In this document: positions 31,201 to 40,059 of the stretch, in pieces
Numbering within the stretch: the stretch's first letter is position 1
How the letters are laid out: each line of letters begins with the position of its first letter
Origin: Patescibacteria group bacterium
Lineage (GTDB): Bacteria; Patescibacteriota; Microgenomatia; UBA1400; PJMF01
Direction of reading: 5' to 3'
DNA: 64,000 nucleotides
Assembly: GCA_049322655.1 (NCBI GenBank)
Contig: JBMORP010000006.1
Coordinates: 384,410-448,409, forward strand
Translations under genes and position numbers: made by a program
The notes under the pieces: generated by a model
What the model was told of the DNA's origin: nothing
What the model saw: only the letters and a program-made list of their open reading frames with translations
Database searches by the model: none

Positions 31201-31685
31201 AGAGGTCTTAGTTCTGCTCGATAAAGGACTCTTCGAGAATTTGGATCTTCATCACCCAAAAAAGAAACACCTGGAGAACGAACTAATTGAGTAATAATGG
31301 CACGTTCAATCCCATTAATAATAAAAGTGCCCATGTCTGTCATCATGGGTAAATCACCTAAGAAAACTTCTTGAGTTTGTTCCTCACCTGTTTTCTTGTT
31401 AACTAAAGTTGCTTCTACATACAAGGGAGCATCATAAGAAACAGCTTTTTTCTTGGCTTGGGAAGGAGTGTATTTTGCTTGACCAAAACGGAAATTACCA
31501 AAGGAAAGAGCCCAGTTTTTACCAGTGAAATCTTCAATTCCCTTTTCACCATTCACTTCTAAAAGAGACTCTTTAATGCCTTCAGCGAGAAACCATTCAT
31601 AGTTATCTTTTTGGAGTTTAATCAGATCTAACTCTGGCAAAACTTTGTGTTGCTTTCCCCAATTAACACGAACCTGTTGTGACAT
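28242..31685 (-). CDS. rpoB: DNA-directed RNA polymerase beta subunit with acidic C-terminal tail
   Basis: 1147 aa, homologous to beta. The last roughly 65 residues are D/E-rich. Confidence 0.96.
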   Translation of the reverse strand: MSQQVRVNWGKQHKVLPELDLIKLQKDNYEWFLAEGIKESLLEVNGEKGIEDFTGKNWALSFGNFRFGQAKYTPSQAKKKAVSYDAPLYVEATLVNKKTGEEQTQEVFLGDLPMMTDMGTFIINGIERAIITQLVRSPGVSFLGDEDPNSRRVLYRAELRPLRGSWLEVNVGRRDVMTVKIDRRRKMPVTVLLRALGYESDEQIRELFQDIVKKDEYSLLENTLQKDPTSNQAEALIEIYEKMRPGEPAVLETAKQYLTQLFFDARRYDLGEVGRYKINRRLKLSADEKTTVLTPEDIIETVRYLIQLQNGVGKVDDIDHLSNRRVRRVGELVQTSAFRIGLIRLERSIREKMSLTKTDETLTPAALVNARPLIATISEFFRRNRLSAILDQTNPLSEVDNLRRLSVMGSGGVTRERASFSMRDINASQYSRICPVRSPEGPNIGLVTYLALYTRVNDFGFLEAPYFKLDKKGDKVKVNYDEIVYLSADDEEDYKITHASIDIDDKGVIQDDWVSIRHMNQFTEGPITDVEYIDVVPRQVIGTSASLIPFIANDEANRALMGTHMQCQAVPLVKPQAPIVGTGMEKAVSTAMNHSVVAKFSGTVEYADANRVELKLDKANHKEAEVFFANKTSETVEYNKGVVTYHIVKFARTSQSTCYSQNVAVKAGQKVQPGDVIINGPSADEGELSLGTNLLIAYTSFDGLGYEDAIVISDRLVKDDSLTSIQINEYKAKVMDTRLGPEELTNDIPNVSEAYLSNLTMEGIIRVGSQVNSGDILVGKVAPKGETELSPEERLLRAIFGEKSKEVRDTSLRLPHGETGTVIDVQTLDRDLGDELDPGTLKEVVVKVAQIRKIRVGDKLAGRHGNKGVISKVVPVADMPHLEDGTAIDIIISPLSVLARMNLGQLLEAHLGWAAQKLGYRVAIPAFERIDESKIWTELERAGLPGSGKVQLYDGRTGEAFSEQTVVGIGYMLKLSHMVEDKTHARSTGPYSLVTQQPLGGKAQMGGQRLGEMEVWALEAHRAAHVLQEMLTIKSDDVRGRANAFEAMVKGDDIPAPSVPESFKVLMRELNSLALTVNPIDSEEEDDPEDQPAEPLSPEEMPDDPEELEEDGVSEDESEELADEDSEPTDLEETDEEEVTDEEGAAA

Positions 31686-32006
31686 AAAATAGTCCCTCTC
31701 TATTTACTTTGGTTGTTTATTTCTTGAGCCTGGATTATCTCAAGAAAATGTTTTCGTCTTAGCAGACAAAAACAGAGACCACTCTCTTCGAGTTGTCTCT
31801 TTAGCTAAAAAAACTTATACGATGTGATTGTTTGAGCCAATCATTCTGCAGAATAGGTATTTCTTTTTTTATTTGTTTGCGATACTCTTTTCAAAGAATC
31901 ACAAGATCTTTTTATTTTTGCAACTGTTTTTAAGATAGAAAAACGAAAAAACGACTTTCTATCTCAAAGCCCGTACGCAATAACTTGCTATTTTAACAGA
32001 AGACTT

Positions 32007-33005
32007 TTAATTACGCAAGTATTTTTCCACGTTAGCGTTGTGCCCCTCCAAAGTAGTAGCAAAATGGATTTGGCCACTCAGGTCGTGCAGATAAAAAAGA
32101 GCTCCAGTATTAACTGGATTTAAAGTAGCTTTGATCGCATCTAAACCTGGATTGGCAATTGGTGCTGGTGGCAAACCAGGATACTTATAAGTATTAAAAA
32201 CCGAGTTTAGCTCTTTATCAGCTGCTGTAGGCGTAGGCCACCAAGTATCTTGAACCTGATCAAAACCCTTGATGTATTGTAAACTAGCATCAACTTGCAA
32301 AGCCATTCCGATCTCAAGTCTTTGCCATAATACTCCAGCTACTTTGGTCATTTGGTCATAACCTTTAGCCTCTCGTTCTACAATCGAGGCCATTGTTAAG
32401 ATTTCAGTTAAAGAATAATCACTCTGAGCTAAATCATCTTTTAAACCATTAATAATCTTCTTCTCGAAAGTCTGCTGTAATAATCTCACTAATTGCTCTG
32501 TGGAGATTTGTCTTGGCACCAAATAGGTATCTGGAAACAACCTGCCTTCTTGACCCTTGGTTAAACTCAAAAATTCTTCTTTAGAAAAACTCTCCAACTC
32601 TTGTTTAGCCAAACTGTCAGCAATTTCTTCTCGACGCCAGCCCTCGGGAATAGTCACCCATAAATCATAGGTCCCCTGAGTAAGTTTTTGGGCAACCTCT
32701 GCCGTAGTCATGCTTGGAGATAAATCAAAACTACCAGCTTGAATCTTTTGGGAAAGACCGTCTTTTTTGACAATAAATCTGAAAGCTAAAGCATTTTTAA
32801 TCAAGCCATTTTCTTTCAGTCTTTCACCAATTACTGATACAGCTTGACCCTTGGGAATCACAAAAACTTGAGTTTGAGTTAGTTGACTATTAACTGGGCT
32901 AACTAAAGTTAAAAAAACCATCCATAAAGAAATAACTACCAACCCCAAAAGTAATGGAATCAGAATCAAAAAACGTTTTTTAAAAATAAATTTTTTTTGC
33001 TTCAT
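32007..33005 (-). CDS. mltG: Endolytic murein transglycosylase MltG (YceG family)
   Basis: N-terminal TM followed by a YceG-like domain (ASIVEREA, LQVDASLQY). It lies downstream of ruvX as in Firmicutes-type neighbourhoods. Confidence 0.75.
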   Translation of the reverse strand: MKQKKFIFKKRFLILIPLLLGLVVISLWMVFLTLVSPVNSQLTQTQVFVIPKGQAVSVIGERLKENGLIKNALAFRFIVKKDGLSQKIQAGSFDLSPSMTTAEVAQKLTQGTYDLWVTIPEGWRREEIADSLAKQELESFSKEEFLSLTKGQEGRLFPDTYLVPRQISTEQLVRLLQQTFEKKIINGLKDDLAQSDYSLTEILTMASIVEREAKGYDQMTKVAGVLWQRLEIGMALQVDASLQYIKGFDQVQDTWWPTPTAADKELNSVFNTYKYPGLPPAPIANPGLDAIKATLNPVNTGALFYLHDLSGQIHFATTLEGHNANVEKYLRN

Positions 33006-33074
33006 ATGTTATTTAATTAAATTAGTAAGGAATCAGTGTAGCACATTGAACAGACGCTTGCTGAAAAATAGACG

Positions 33075-33458
33075 TTAAAATTGCTGCTGCTCCAACCAAT
33101 TTTCCAAAATAATCGCTGCCGCAAAATGATCGATCGGCCCAGAACGAACTTTATGTTTGATTCCCTGATTTTGAAGTCTCTGCTCAACTTCGCGAGAACT
33201 CAATGTCTCGTCTGCAAACTCAACTGGAATTTCTGTCTTAGCTTTAAGCTCCCTCACAAATTCTTCTGTTTTGAGTGCCATCTCGTTTTCTGACAAACCT
33301 ACAATAATTTTTTGGGTTTCTTCTTGCTCAATAATCTTTAACAACTCTTCAAAAAGATTATCTTCATTAGCTAAAACTACTAATGGCACAGCCAAAGTTC
33401 CTCTAGAAACAGCCACACCTACTCTTTTAGTACCAAAATCAATTGCTAGATATGACAT
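33075..33458 (-). CDS. ruvX: Holliday junction resolvase-like protein RuvX/YqgF
   Basis: MSYLAIDFGTKRVGVAVS is an RNase H-fold N-terminus. I trimmed the start to the ATG that overlaps the sortase stop (TAATG). Confidence 0.85.
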   Translation of the reverse strand: MSYLAIDFGTKRVGVAVSRGTLAVPLVVLANEDNLFEELLKIIEQEETQKIIVGLSENEMALKTEEFVRELKAKTEIPVEFADETLSSREVEQRLQNQGIKHKVRSGPIDHFAAAIILENWLEQQQF

Positions 33459-34489
33459 TATTTGTCCTTTACTAGTTGTGCTGTAATTACTCCTCGTCTC
33501 AAATAAGTCCCCTCTGGAGTACAAGTTACCAGCTTTAATTGTCTAGTGTCATAACGCTGAGATAAAATATAAGTATCTGTAGGCTTAACTTCGGTTTTGC
33601 TTACCACTACATACGTATACTTAACTCCTTCTATAGTGACATAAATTTTGTCACCTTTTTCTAAAGTCATAATGTAACTAAAAATCGAGGTGTAACGCTT
33701 GGGATTAACTTCTTTTGGATTATAAAATTGCCGTAATACTGAATGGCCAAAAATCACTGGTGCACCAGCCTGACCTGGCAAGGCTGTACCAGGATACTGA
33801 ATCAAGCTTTTATTAAGGTCACTCCCACCTACGGCCACTAGCGCGTTAGCAACATTTACTTTGGGAATATCTAAAATATAAGAAGTTGGTTGGTTAGCTT
33901 CGCTTTCTTGAACAAACTCAGGTAAATTTTCTCCTTCAAACCAATTATTTAAGTTAGTGTAATCCAAGACAGAATCTAAAATTACTGGCTCATCATTATC
34001 TACTGCCACCCCAAAATCTTCTGCAACTAACCCCTGTGAGTCAGCTAAAGTAATTGGTGTTGAGTCTAAAATTTGATCAGGAGGAACAGGAGCTTTTAAG
34101 TTAATGGTGCTTCTGGAAAGATCATCAACATAGTAAGCCAAAATTGGATAAGTAGCACTACCAACCAAACTAATTCCTACCAACAACAAAACTGTCGGTA
34201 AAATTGCTGCCCCCATCCTAATTATTTTGGGAATTTTTTTCCTAAAGTTTTTCTTTTCGTACTCAACTTCTTTAGTCTCTTTCTTTTCAGCAACGGTTAA
34301 TCTTTTTGCTAATTTTTCAATTTTTTTTTCGATTTTAGCTAAAGAAACACCTTCTTTAATCGCTTCACGATAAACCTTAACCAAGTCCTGACGTTGGTTG
34401 TTAGATAGCGAAGAAGCGTGTTTACTCACTAGTTTTTTCCTGAATATTAATATTAATTCTATGATCTGCTTTAGGAACAGTAGAAACAA
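33458..34489 (-). CDS. Sortase family transpeptidase (long cytoplasmic N-terminus, TM, catalytic domain)
   Basis: VIFGHSV supplies the catalytic His, LKLVTCTP the TLxTC Cys, and LRRGV the Arg. The true start is probably downstream of the track start, which overlaps the upstream gene by 68 nt. Confidence 0.8.
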   Translation of the reverse strand: MFLLFLKQIIELILIFRKKLVSKHASSLSNNQRQDLVKVYREAIKEGVSLAKIEKKIEKLAKRLTVAEKKETKEVEYEKKNFRKKIPKIIRMGAAILPTVLLLVGISLVGSATYPILAYYVDDLSRSTINLKAPVPPDQILDSTPITLADSQGLVAEDFGVAVDNDEPVILDSVLDYTNLNNWFEGENLPEFVQESEANQPTSYILDIPKVNVANALVAVGGSDLNKSLIQYPGTALPGQAGAPVIFGHSVLRQFYNPKEVNPKRYTSIFSYIMTLEKGDKIYVTIEGVKYTYVVVSKTEVKPTDTYILSQRYDTRQLKLVTCTPEGTYLRRGVITAQLVKDK

Positions 34490-36701
34490 ACATCTTTGCT
34501 AAAGAAGGTTTAACCGAATAACTAGCTGCCCTAATTTCTGGTCTTTCAGTTGCTTTACCACTAACCGCTTCTAGAGGCAAACCTCGTAAAGCAGAAATTA
34601 GGTTATTTGGATCAAATTTTGGGAGAGCCCTAGCACTGACATTTGCTTCCAAGATTATCTGTGAACTGCTGGTAGCCTCTTCTCTGGGTGCCGTTAGGAT
34701 CTCTGGGTCATCATCAGTAAACTCATATCCAGCCGGTAAATCAGCTTTCAAAATCTCTACAGCCAATGGTTTAATATCCTCAGAAGAATACCGCACTGCT
34801 TCAAACTCCATCGTTAACTCTAAAGCCAGTTGGTCAGCTTCTTCGCCTAACTCTCCTCCATAATCAGCTTCAATCACTACCTGTTTGCCAGAAAGAACAT
34901 AATAAACACCATCTCCAGATTTATTAGCATAATCTTCCTGAGCTTTTTTAAATAACTCTTTCTTTAAATCATTTAGCACCAAAGTCTTATCTTCTTGAGA
35001 AATTACTCTTACTTCTCTACTAGAACCACCAGTAAAAGACTCCTTAACCAAGGCAGAATAAGTTCCTTGGTCATAATTAGCTACAGTTAACTCTCTCTCC
35101 ACAGCCAAGTTACTTTCAGCACCAATTTTAGCAGCAGTTACTTGAGTATCAAGTTTGCCGTAATCCTTAGTTTCACTTGTCCCTGATTGGGTCACTTCAG
35201 CTGAAGCAACCGTAACTTCTTCATCCAAAGTAAAGTTTAGAGAACCAGAAGAAAAAACCGTTCCAGCAGTAAAAGTTTTTGGCGAAGTAGTTTTATTTAA
35301 AATCGTAATTTTGCCTTTGGCTTTTTCACCAACCAATTTAACTCCGGTAGTATCAGTTACTTTAGTCCCGTTATACTCTTCTACTTCCAACTCACCCCTT
35401 AAAGTTAAGTTTTCAACATTAGAAGTAGCCACCGTAGTATCAACCTTTAACTCAACTTCTTTGGCTATCACTCTTTCTGCTAATTCTACCGAAACTTCCA
35501 CTTTATAAGTAAAAACCAGACCACCAACTAATAAGGCAATTGAGGCCAAAAAACCACTCACCGCCCCTCCCAAAATTATCTTTTTATGAGGATGGTGATG
35601 ATACCAATGCAACAGTTTGTTCATTGGGCCAGACTTTCTATTAGTAAATTTTGTTGCCGTTTGGTTATTAGTTGAAACAAGTGGTTTTTTAACTAAATGA
35701 TTATCTCTTTCTTTTGGCAGCTCTTCTTGAGAAATTGGAATCCCAAAACTAGTTGCTTCTGCCTTTTGTTCAGAGGAACCAACTGAGGTAAAATTATCGC
35801 CAGCTAAATCAGTGTCAACATCAGAAAAACCAAAATCAACTGAGTCTGATGAGTCGACTTTCCCTTTTTCTAAAATTGATTCATCAACACCGTCAAGCTT
35901 TAAACCTCTGCTTTCAGCTACAGCCAAACCTCCTTGTTTAATCACTATCTCCAAAACTCGGTCAGCCATGATTTTTTCAATCAAAGGACTCTGTACAAAG
36001 GGGTGGTTATCTGCCCAATCATAATTAATGATTTTAGTTCTGATGTCTTGAAGGTCTAGATCAGTTAACACTAATGAAGCCAAAACCATTTTGGCTGGTA
36101 AGTAACTACCATCATCGGTTTTATCTTTATCAAATCTAGCTAGTCCCTCGACAATATCAGCTACCACATCATCAGATCGCCCCACCGAAATCTGCTGAGC
36201 TACTTTGCCTTTTTTCAACAAAATCAAAGATAAAGCAGCTTCCTGAATATAAATCAAGATTTGAGAAACAGTTTTTTCTCTAAAAAAAATATCTTGAATA
36301 ATCGCATCAGTCAGAACTACAAAGCCAACTGGTTTTAAAGATAAATTTTCTGTCAGTTTTTTGATAAAAGGACGTTTTTCTTTAACTAAACCATTATCAT
36401 TAACCCATTTGGGATCAAAACCAAACACCACTTCACTAACAGCTTCAGACTCCTTACCTAACTCTTTCAAAGCATCATCAGTGGCAATAATTGCCTCATC
36501 ATCATTGGTAAAAGTATAAAAAGCTGATTGCTGTTTAATCACCACTTGATTACCATCAACTTGCCAAAAAGCAGCTCTAACTCCATTTTCTGAAAAAACT
36601 AAACCTAAAAAAGCGTCTACAACCACTTCAGTCGCTGATGACTTTGATTTTTTGCTAATAAAGGGCAGATTTAATGACATAAATTTTTTTGAATACCACA
36701 A
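34422..36701 (-). CDS. Large bitopic membrane protein (roughly 750 aa): N-terminal cytoplasmic domain, single TM, C-terminal extracellular Thr/Val-rich domain
   Basis: One strong hydrophobic segment (KKIILGGAVSGFLASIALLVGGLVF) lies mid-protein. The N-terminal segment VVVDAFLGLVFSENGVRAAFWQVDGNQVVI resembles the first beta-hairpin of actin-fold (FtsA/PilM-like) proteins, but I did not find the glycine-rich phosphate motifs. The start is TTG at 36701 or ATG at 36680. Confidence 0.5.
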   Translation of the reverse strand: MWYSKKFMSLNLPFISKKSKSSATEVVVDAFLGLVFSENGVRAAFWQVDGNQVVIKQQSAFYTFTNDDEAIIATDDALKELGKESEAVSEVVFGFDPKWVNDNGLVKEKRPFIKKLTENLSLKPVGFVVLTDAIIQDIFFREKTVSQILIYIQEAALSLILLKKGKVAQQISVGRSDDVVADIVEGLARFDKDKTDDGSYLPAKMVLASLVLTDLDLQDIRTKIINYDWADNHPFVQSPLIEKIMADRVLEIVIKQGGLAVAESRGLKLDGVDESILEKGKVDSSDSVDFGFSDVDTDLAGDNFTSVGSSEQKAEATSFGIPISQEELPKERDNHLVKKPLVSTNNQTATKFTNRKSGPMNKLLHWYHHHPHKKIILGGAVSGFLASIALLVGGLVFTYKVEVSVELAERVIAKEVELKVDTTVATSNVENLTLRGELEVEEYNGTKVTDTTGVKLVGEKAKGKITILNKTTSPKTFTAGTVFSSGSLNFTLDEEVTVASAEVTQSGTSETKDYGKLDTQVTAAKIGAESNLAVERELTVANYDQGTYSALVKESFTGGSSREVRVISQEDKTLVLNDLKKELFKKAQEDYANKSGDGVYYVLSGKQVVIEADYGGELGEEADQLALELTMEFEAVRYSSEDIKPLAVEILKADLPAGYEFTDDDPEILTAPREEATSSSQIILEANVSARALPKFDPNNLISALRGLPLEAVSGKATERPEIRAASYSVKPSLAKMFVSTVPKADHRININIQEKTSE

Positions 36702-36765
36702 CCAAAACGCCTCTAGCGTCTATACTCCATTTAAGCAAAGTTCTTGGGATAATAAAAGAGGGGTT

Positions 36766-38637
36766 TTACTTCTTTAACCTAGCGTAAACTCTTCTCACTC
36801 CGGCTGCAGCTGATTTTTCTTTGAAAATCTCGATTGCTCCAATTTTTCCAGTTTGAGTGACATGGGGACCACCACAAAACTCTTTAGAAATAGTTTGACT
36901 GTCATCACCAATTTGATAAACACTTACTTCGTCTGGATATTTCTCAACAAAAAAAGCTAAGGCTCCATCTGCCAAAGCGGCCTGTTTCTCCATCATTTTT
37001 TTGCTAACTGGCAAGTCAGCCTTAATCCAAGCATTGACCTGATCTTCAATTTGTTGCAGTGCCTCTTTGGTTAAAGCTTGATCATAGGTAAAATCAAAAC
37101 GTAAACGCTGAGCATTAATATTAGAACCTTTTTGACTAACCATCGTTCCCAGTATTTTTCTCAAAGCAGCATGAATTAGGTGTGTGGCAGTGTGAAACTT
37201 AACTGTTATTTCAGAATGATCTTGCAAACCACCTTTGAACTTACCAGCCGAAGCCGTTCGAGATTTATCAGCATGTTGGTGTTTTACTTGCTGAAACTTT
37301 GCTGCAAAATTATCTTCAATTTTTAAAACTCTTGACTCTGCTTCTTCTAAAGATAGTTCTAACGGAAAACCATAGGTTTCATAGAGAGTAAAAGCTAATT
37401 CAGCCGTTAGTTTTTTACTAACTTGAGTAGATTTATCAAACTCTTTCAATCCTTTATCTAAAGTACGCAAAAATTTTTGCTCTTCCTGACTTACCACCTG
37501 TTTAATTTTATCTTGTTGATCAGCAACTTGAGGATAAGCCTGATAATAAATCTCAACTACTCCAGAAACTAACTCCGCCAAAAACTGTTGCTTAATCCCC
37601 AATTTCATTCCATAACGAACTGCTCTTCTCAATAAACGACGAACAAAATAACCTTGGTCTTTATTACCAGGGAAAACTCCATCTGCGATCAACATCACCA
37701 CTGCTCTCATATGATCAGCAATTACTCGAAAGGCCACTGCCTCGGTTTCATATTTTTTATTAGCTAAATTTTCTAACCTATTTACCACAGGTGAAAATAA
37801 ATCAGTCTTAAAAACATCTGGATCACCATTCACGGCAGCCAAACTTCTTTCCAAACCACCACCAAAATCAATGTTTTTCTGAGGCAGTGGCTCAAATCCC
37901 TGATCTGTCTTGAGATACTGCATAAACACTGAGTTACCAATCTCCAGAAACCGACCGCAATCACAATTCACATGGCAAGGTTGGTTTTCCCACTCAGATT
38001 TTTCATGTAAACCCAGTTCTTCACCAAAATCATAAAAAACTTCACTGTCTGGGCCACCAGGTTCACCGACCGGCATGTTTTCTGGAGCACCAGCTCTAGA
38101 CCACCAGTTATTGTTGCCATAGGGAAAAATCCTACCATGACTAAGGCCAACTTGGTCAGCTTGATCTACCACTTGAGCATCGATCTTATGCTGAGCAAAT
38201 AATTCCTGCCAGATTTTAATGGCCTCTTCGTCTTTGGGGATTCCTAGCTCGTCATTACCTTGGTAAACAGTTACATAAAGCCGTTCCGGGTCTAAAGACA
38301 TTTCTTCGGTAAGAAACTTGAAATACCAGTTCAATTGTTCTTTTTTAAAATAATCACCCAGAGACCAATTGCCCAACATCTCAAAAAAAGTGGTATGACG
38401 ATTGTCACCAACTTCTTCAATATCTTGGGATCTAAAACATTTTTGTGAATCAGCAATCCGAGTCCCTTTGGGATGCTTATCGCCCAAAAGATAATTAATC
38501 ATTGGTTGCATTCCAGAACCAGTAAAGAGAGTGGTTGGATCGTTTTCTGGTACCAATGGAGAAGATGGCACAACCACATGCCCATTTTTTTTACAAAAAT
38601 CTAAATATTTTTGACGTAATTCTGCAGCTTTCAACAT
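36766..38637 (-). CDS. alaS: Alanine--tRNA ligase, short form lacking the C-Ala domain
   Basis: FTGSGMQPM matches the class II core. Editing-domain motifs HTATHLIHAALRKILG and CGGPHV are present. It is 623 aa against about 870 in E. coli. Confidence 0.9.
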   Translation of the reverse strand: MLKAAELRQKYLDFCKKNGHVVVPSSPLVPENDPTTLFTGSGMQPMINYLLGDKHPKGTRIADSQKCFRSQDIEEVGDNRHTTFFEMLGNWSLGDYFKKEQLNWYFKFLTEEMSLDPERLYVTVYQGNDELGIPKDEEAIKIWQELFAQHKIDAQVVDQADQVGLSHGRIFPYGNNNWWSRAGAPENMPVGEPGGPDSEVFYDFGEELGLHEKSEWENQPCHVNCDCGRFLEIGNSVFMQYLKTDQGFEPLPQKNIDFGGGLERSLAAVNGDPDVFKTDLFSPVVNRLENLANKKYETEAVAFRVIADHMRAVVMLIADGVFPGNKDQGYFVRRLLRRAVRYGMKLGIKQQFLAELVSGVVEIYYQAYPQVADQQDKIKQVVSQEEQKFLRTLDKGLKEFDKSTQVSKKLTAELAFTLYETYGFPLELSLEEAESRVLKIEDNFAAKFQQVKHQHADKSRTASAGKFKGGLQDHSEITVKFHTATHLIHAALRKILGTMVSQKGSNINAQRLRFDFTYDQALTKEALQQIEDQVNAWIKADLPVSKKMMEKQAALADGALAFFVEKYPDEVSVYQIGDDSQTISKEFCGGPHVTQTGKIGAIEIFKEKSAAAGVRRVYARLKK

Positions 38638-38709
38638 GATGTAAAGATTATACCAGGAGAATTAAATTTTTAGCGAAATAAGAACTAGTTGTTTTATACT
38701 AGCAAGCTA

Positions 38710-39045
38710 TTAAACTCCTTTAAAAAGATTTTGTTTCTTTTGCGCTCTGGTAATTGAAACAGCTTTTGTTTTGGCTGCCTTATCTAGTTTTAGAGACTCA
38801 ATGTCACCTACAGCCTGATTTAAAATATCCTTAAATAACATCCATAAATCTTGTTCAGCATTCTCAATAGTCCCTTCCGCTAATAAATCCTTGACCGCCT
38901 CTTGCCAATGATCTTTAAGTTCTTGCCGCAACTTACCACCTTCATCAGTGCCAAACAAATACATCCCAATAGCACCGGCAGCTAAACCGACGCCAAACCC
39001 AGTCATAAAAGTTTGCTCAGAAAAATTATTTTTTCTTTGTGTCAT
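38710..39045 (-). CDS. YtxH-like small membrane protein
   Basis: N-terminal GFGVGLAAGAIGMYLF is followed by a helical K/E-rich region. Confidence 0.5.
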   Translation of the reverse strand: MTQRKNNFSEQTFMTGFGVGLAAGAIGMYLFGTDEGGKLRQELKDHWQEAVKDLLAEGTIENAEQDLWMLFKDILNQAVGDIESLKLDKAAKTKAVSITRAQKKQNLFKGV

Positions 39046-39313
39046 TTTTTCTCTTTGCTAACCAGCTGGTGAAAGACTCAAAAACCTTCACCCCAGTTTG
39101 CAGGCCACTAGCCAAGCCACCTAAGTTTTGCAAAGGAGCAACCAAAGCATTAATCTTGGCTTCAGCTTGATCAATGGTGGTATTAACCTTATGTAAAGTT
39201 TTTTTTACTTCAGTCAACACAAGAAAAATTTGGATCCCAACTACCGATAAAATAATCGTTAACAGAATAGCCACCACACTTAAAACTGTTGGAAGAATTG
39301 TTTCCATAAACAC
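39026..39313 (-). CDS. DUF948-like small membrane protein
   Basis: N-terminal TM (ILPTVLSVVAILLTIILSVVGIQIFLVL) followed by a coiled-coil region. Confidence 0.45.
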   Translation of the reverse strand: MFMETILPTVLSVVAILLTIILSVVGIQIFLVLTEVKKTLHKVNTTIDQAEAKINALVAPLQNLGGLASGLQTGVKVFESFTSWLAKRKNDTKKK

Positions 39314-39351
39314 AACCTTTCTTGATTGTTAAGACTTGTTTATCTTAACAT

Positions 39352-39379
39352 AAAAAACCCTCTCAACCTAACCTGAGGC
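39352..39379 (-). terminator. Probable intrinsic terminator downstream of the RodZ-like gene
   Basis: On the minus strand an imperfect CCTCAGG..TGAGAGG hairpin is followed by GTTTTTTAT. Confidence 0.35.
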
Positions 39380-39393
39380 AAAAATTTGTTAAT

Positions 39394-40041
39394 TTAAAAA
39401 CGAACAAAAACGGTCCGTTGCTCGGTATTTTTCTTTTCCTGACGATCAATCGCTTCAATCGTAATAGTTGACATCCCTTCATTGGGCAAAGTGAGATTTG
39501 TTTCAAAAAAACCATCAGCCCTAACTGGCACAGGTTGAGCATTAATCAATAACCTTGTTTCTGGTTCGGTCACCCCTTGAACTGTAACTTGAGGAGACAC
39601 CACTTCATTTTCTGCTGGTGAGTTGATCGTAATCTTGGGTGGAGAAATAAATGAATACCATCTAATCGCAATATAAGTAAATAAAATTAAAAAAACACCT
39701 ACCCCGCCCAAAAGGGTAAATCTCACTGAAGACCAAGAACCAGACTTAAGAACTGGTTTGAGAAATTCGTGAGGAATTAGCTGACCTTTGGCACTTTCTT
39801 TAAAGTCACGCCGTAACAAAGCTAACATTGGTTCCGGATCAAAGTTTAAAATTCTGGCGTAAGCTTTAATATAGCCTTTGACAAACACCGCGGCTGGCAA
39901 ATCTTCAAAACGGTTTTCTTCTAAGGCATGAATAAAGCCCTCTTTAACTCTAATTTCTTGAGCCAATTGAGTACGAGAAATTCGTCGCTTTTCTCGTTCC
40001 ATCTTGAGTAACTCACCCACTGTTTTGGTCTGCTGAATCAT
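39394..40041 (-). CDS. RodZ-like cytoskeleton protein (XRE-type HTH, TM, C-terminal domain)
   Basis: ISRTQLAQEIRVKEGFIHALEENRFEDLPAAVFVKGYIKAYARIL matches the RodZ N-terminal HTH. One TM follows. Confidence 0.65.
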   Translation of the reverse strand: MIQQTKTVGELLKMEREKRRISRTQLAQEIRVKEGFIHALEENRFEDLPAAVFVKGYIKAYARILNFDPEPMLALLRRDFKESAKGQLIPHEFLKPVLKSGSWSSVRFTLLGGVGVFLILFTYIAIRWYSFISPPKITINSPAENEVVSPQVTVQGVTEPETRLLINAQPVPVRADGFFETNLTLPNEGMSTITIEAIDRQEKKNTEQRTVFVRF

Positions 40042-40059
40042 AAGACCTCTTATTTAAAA

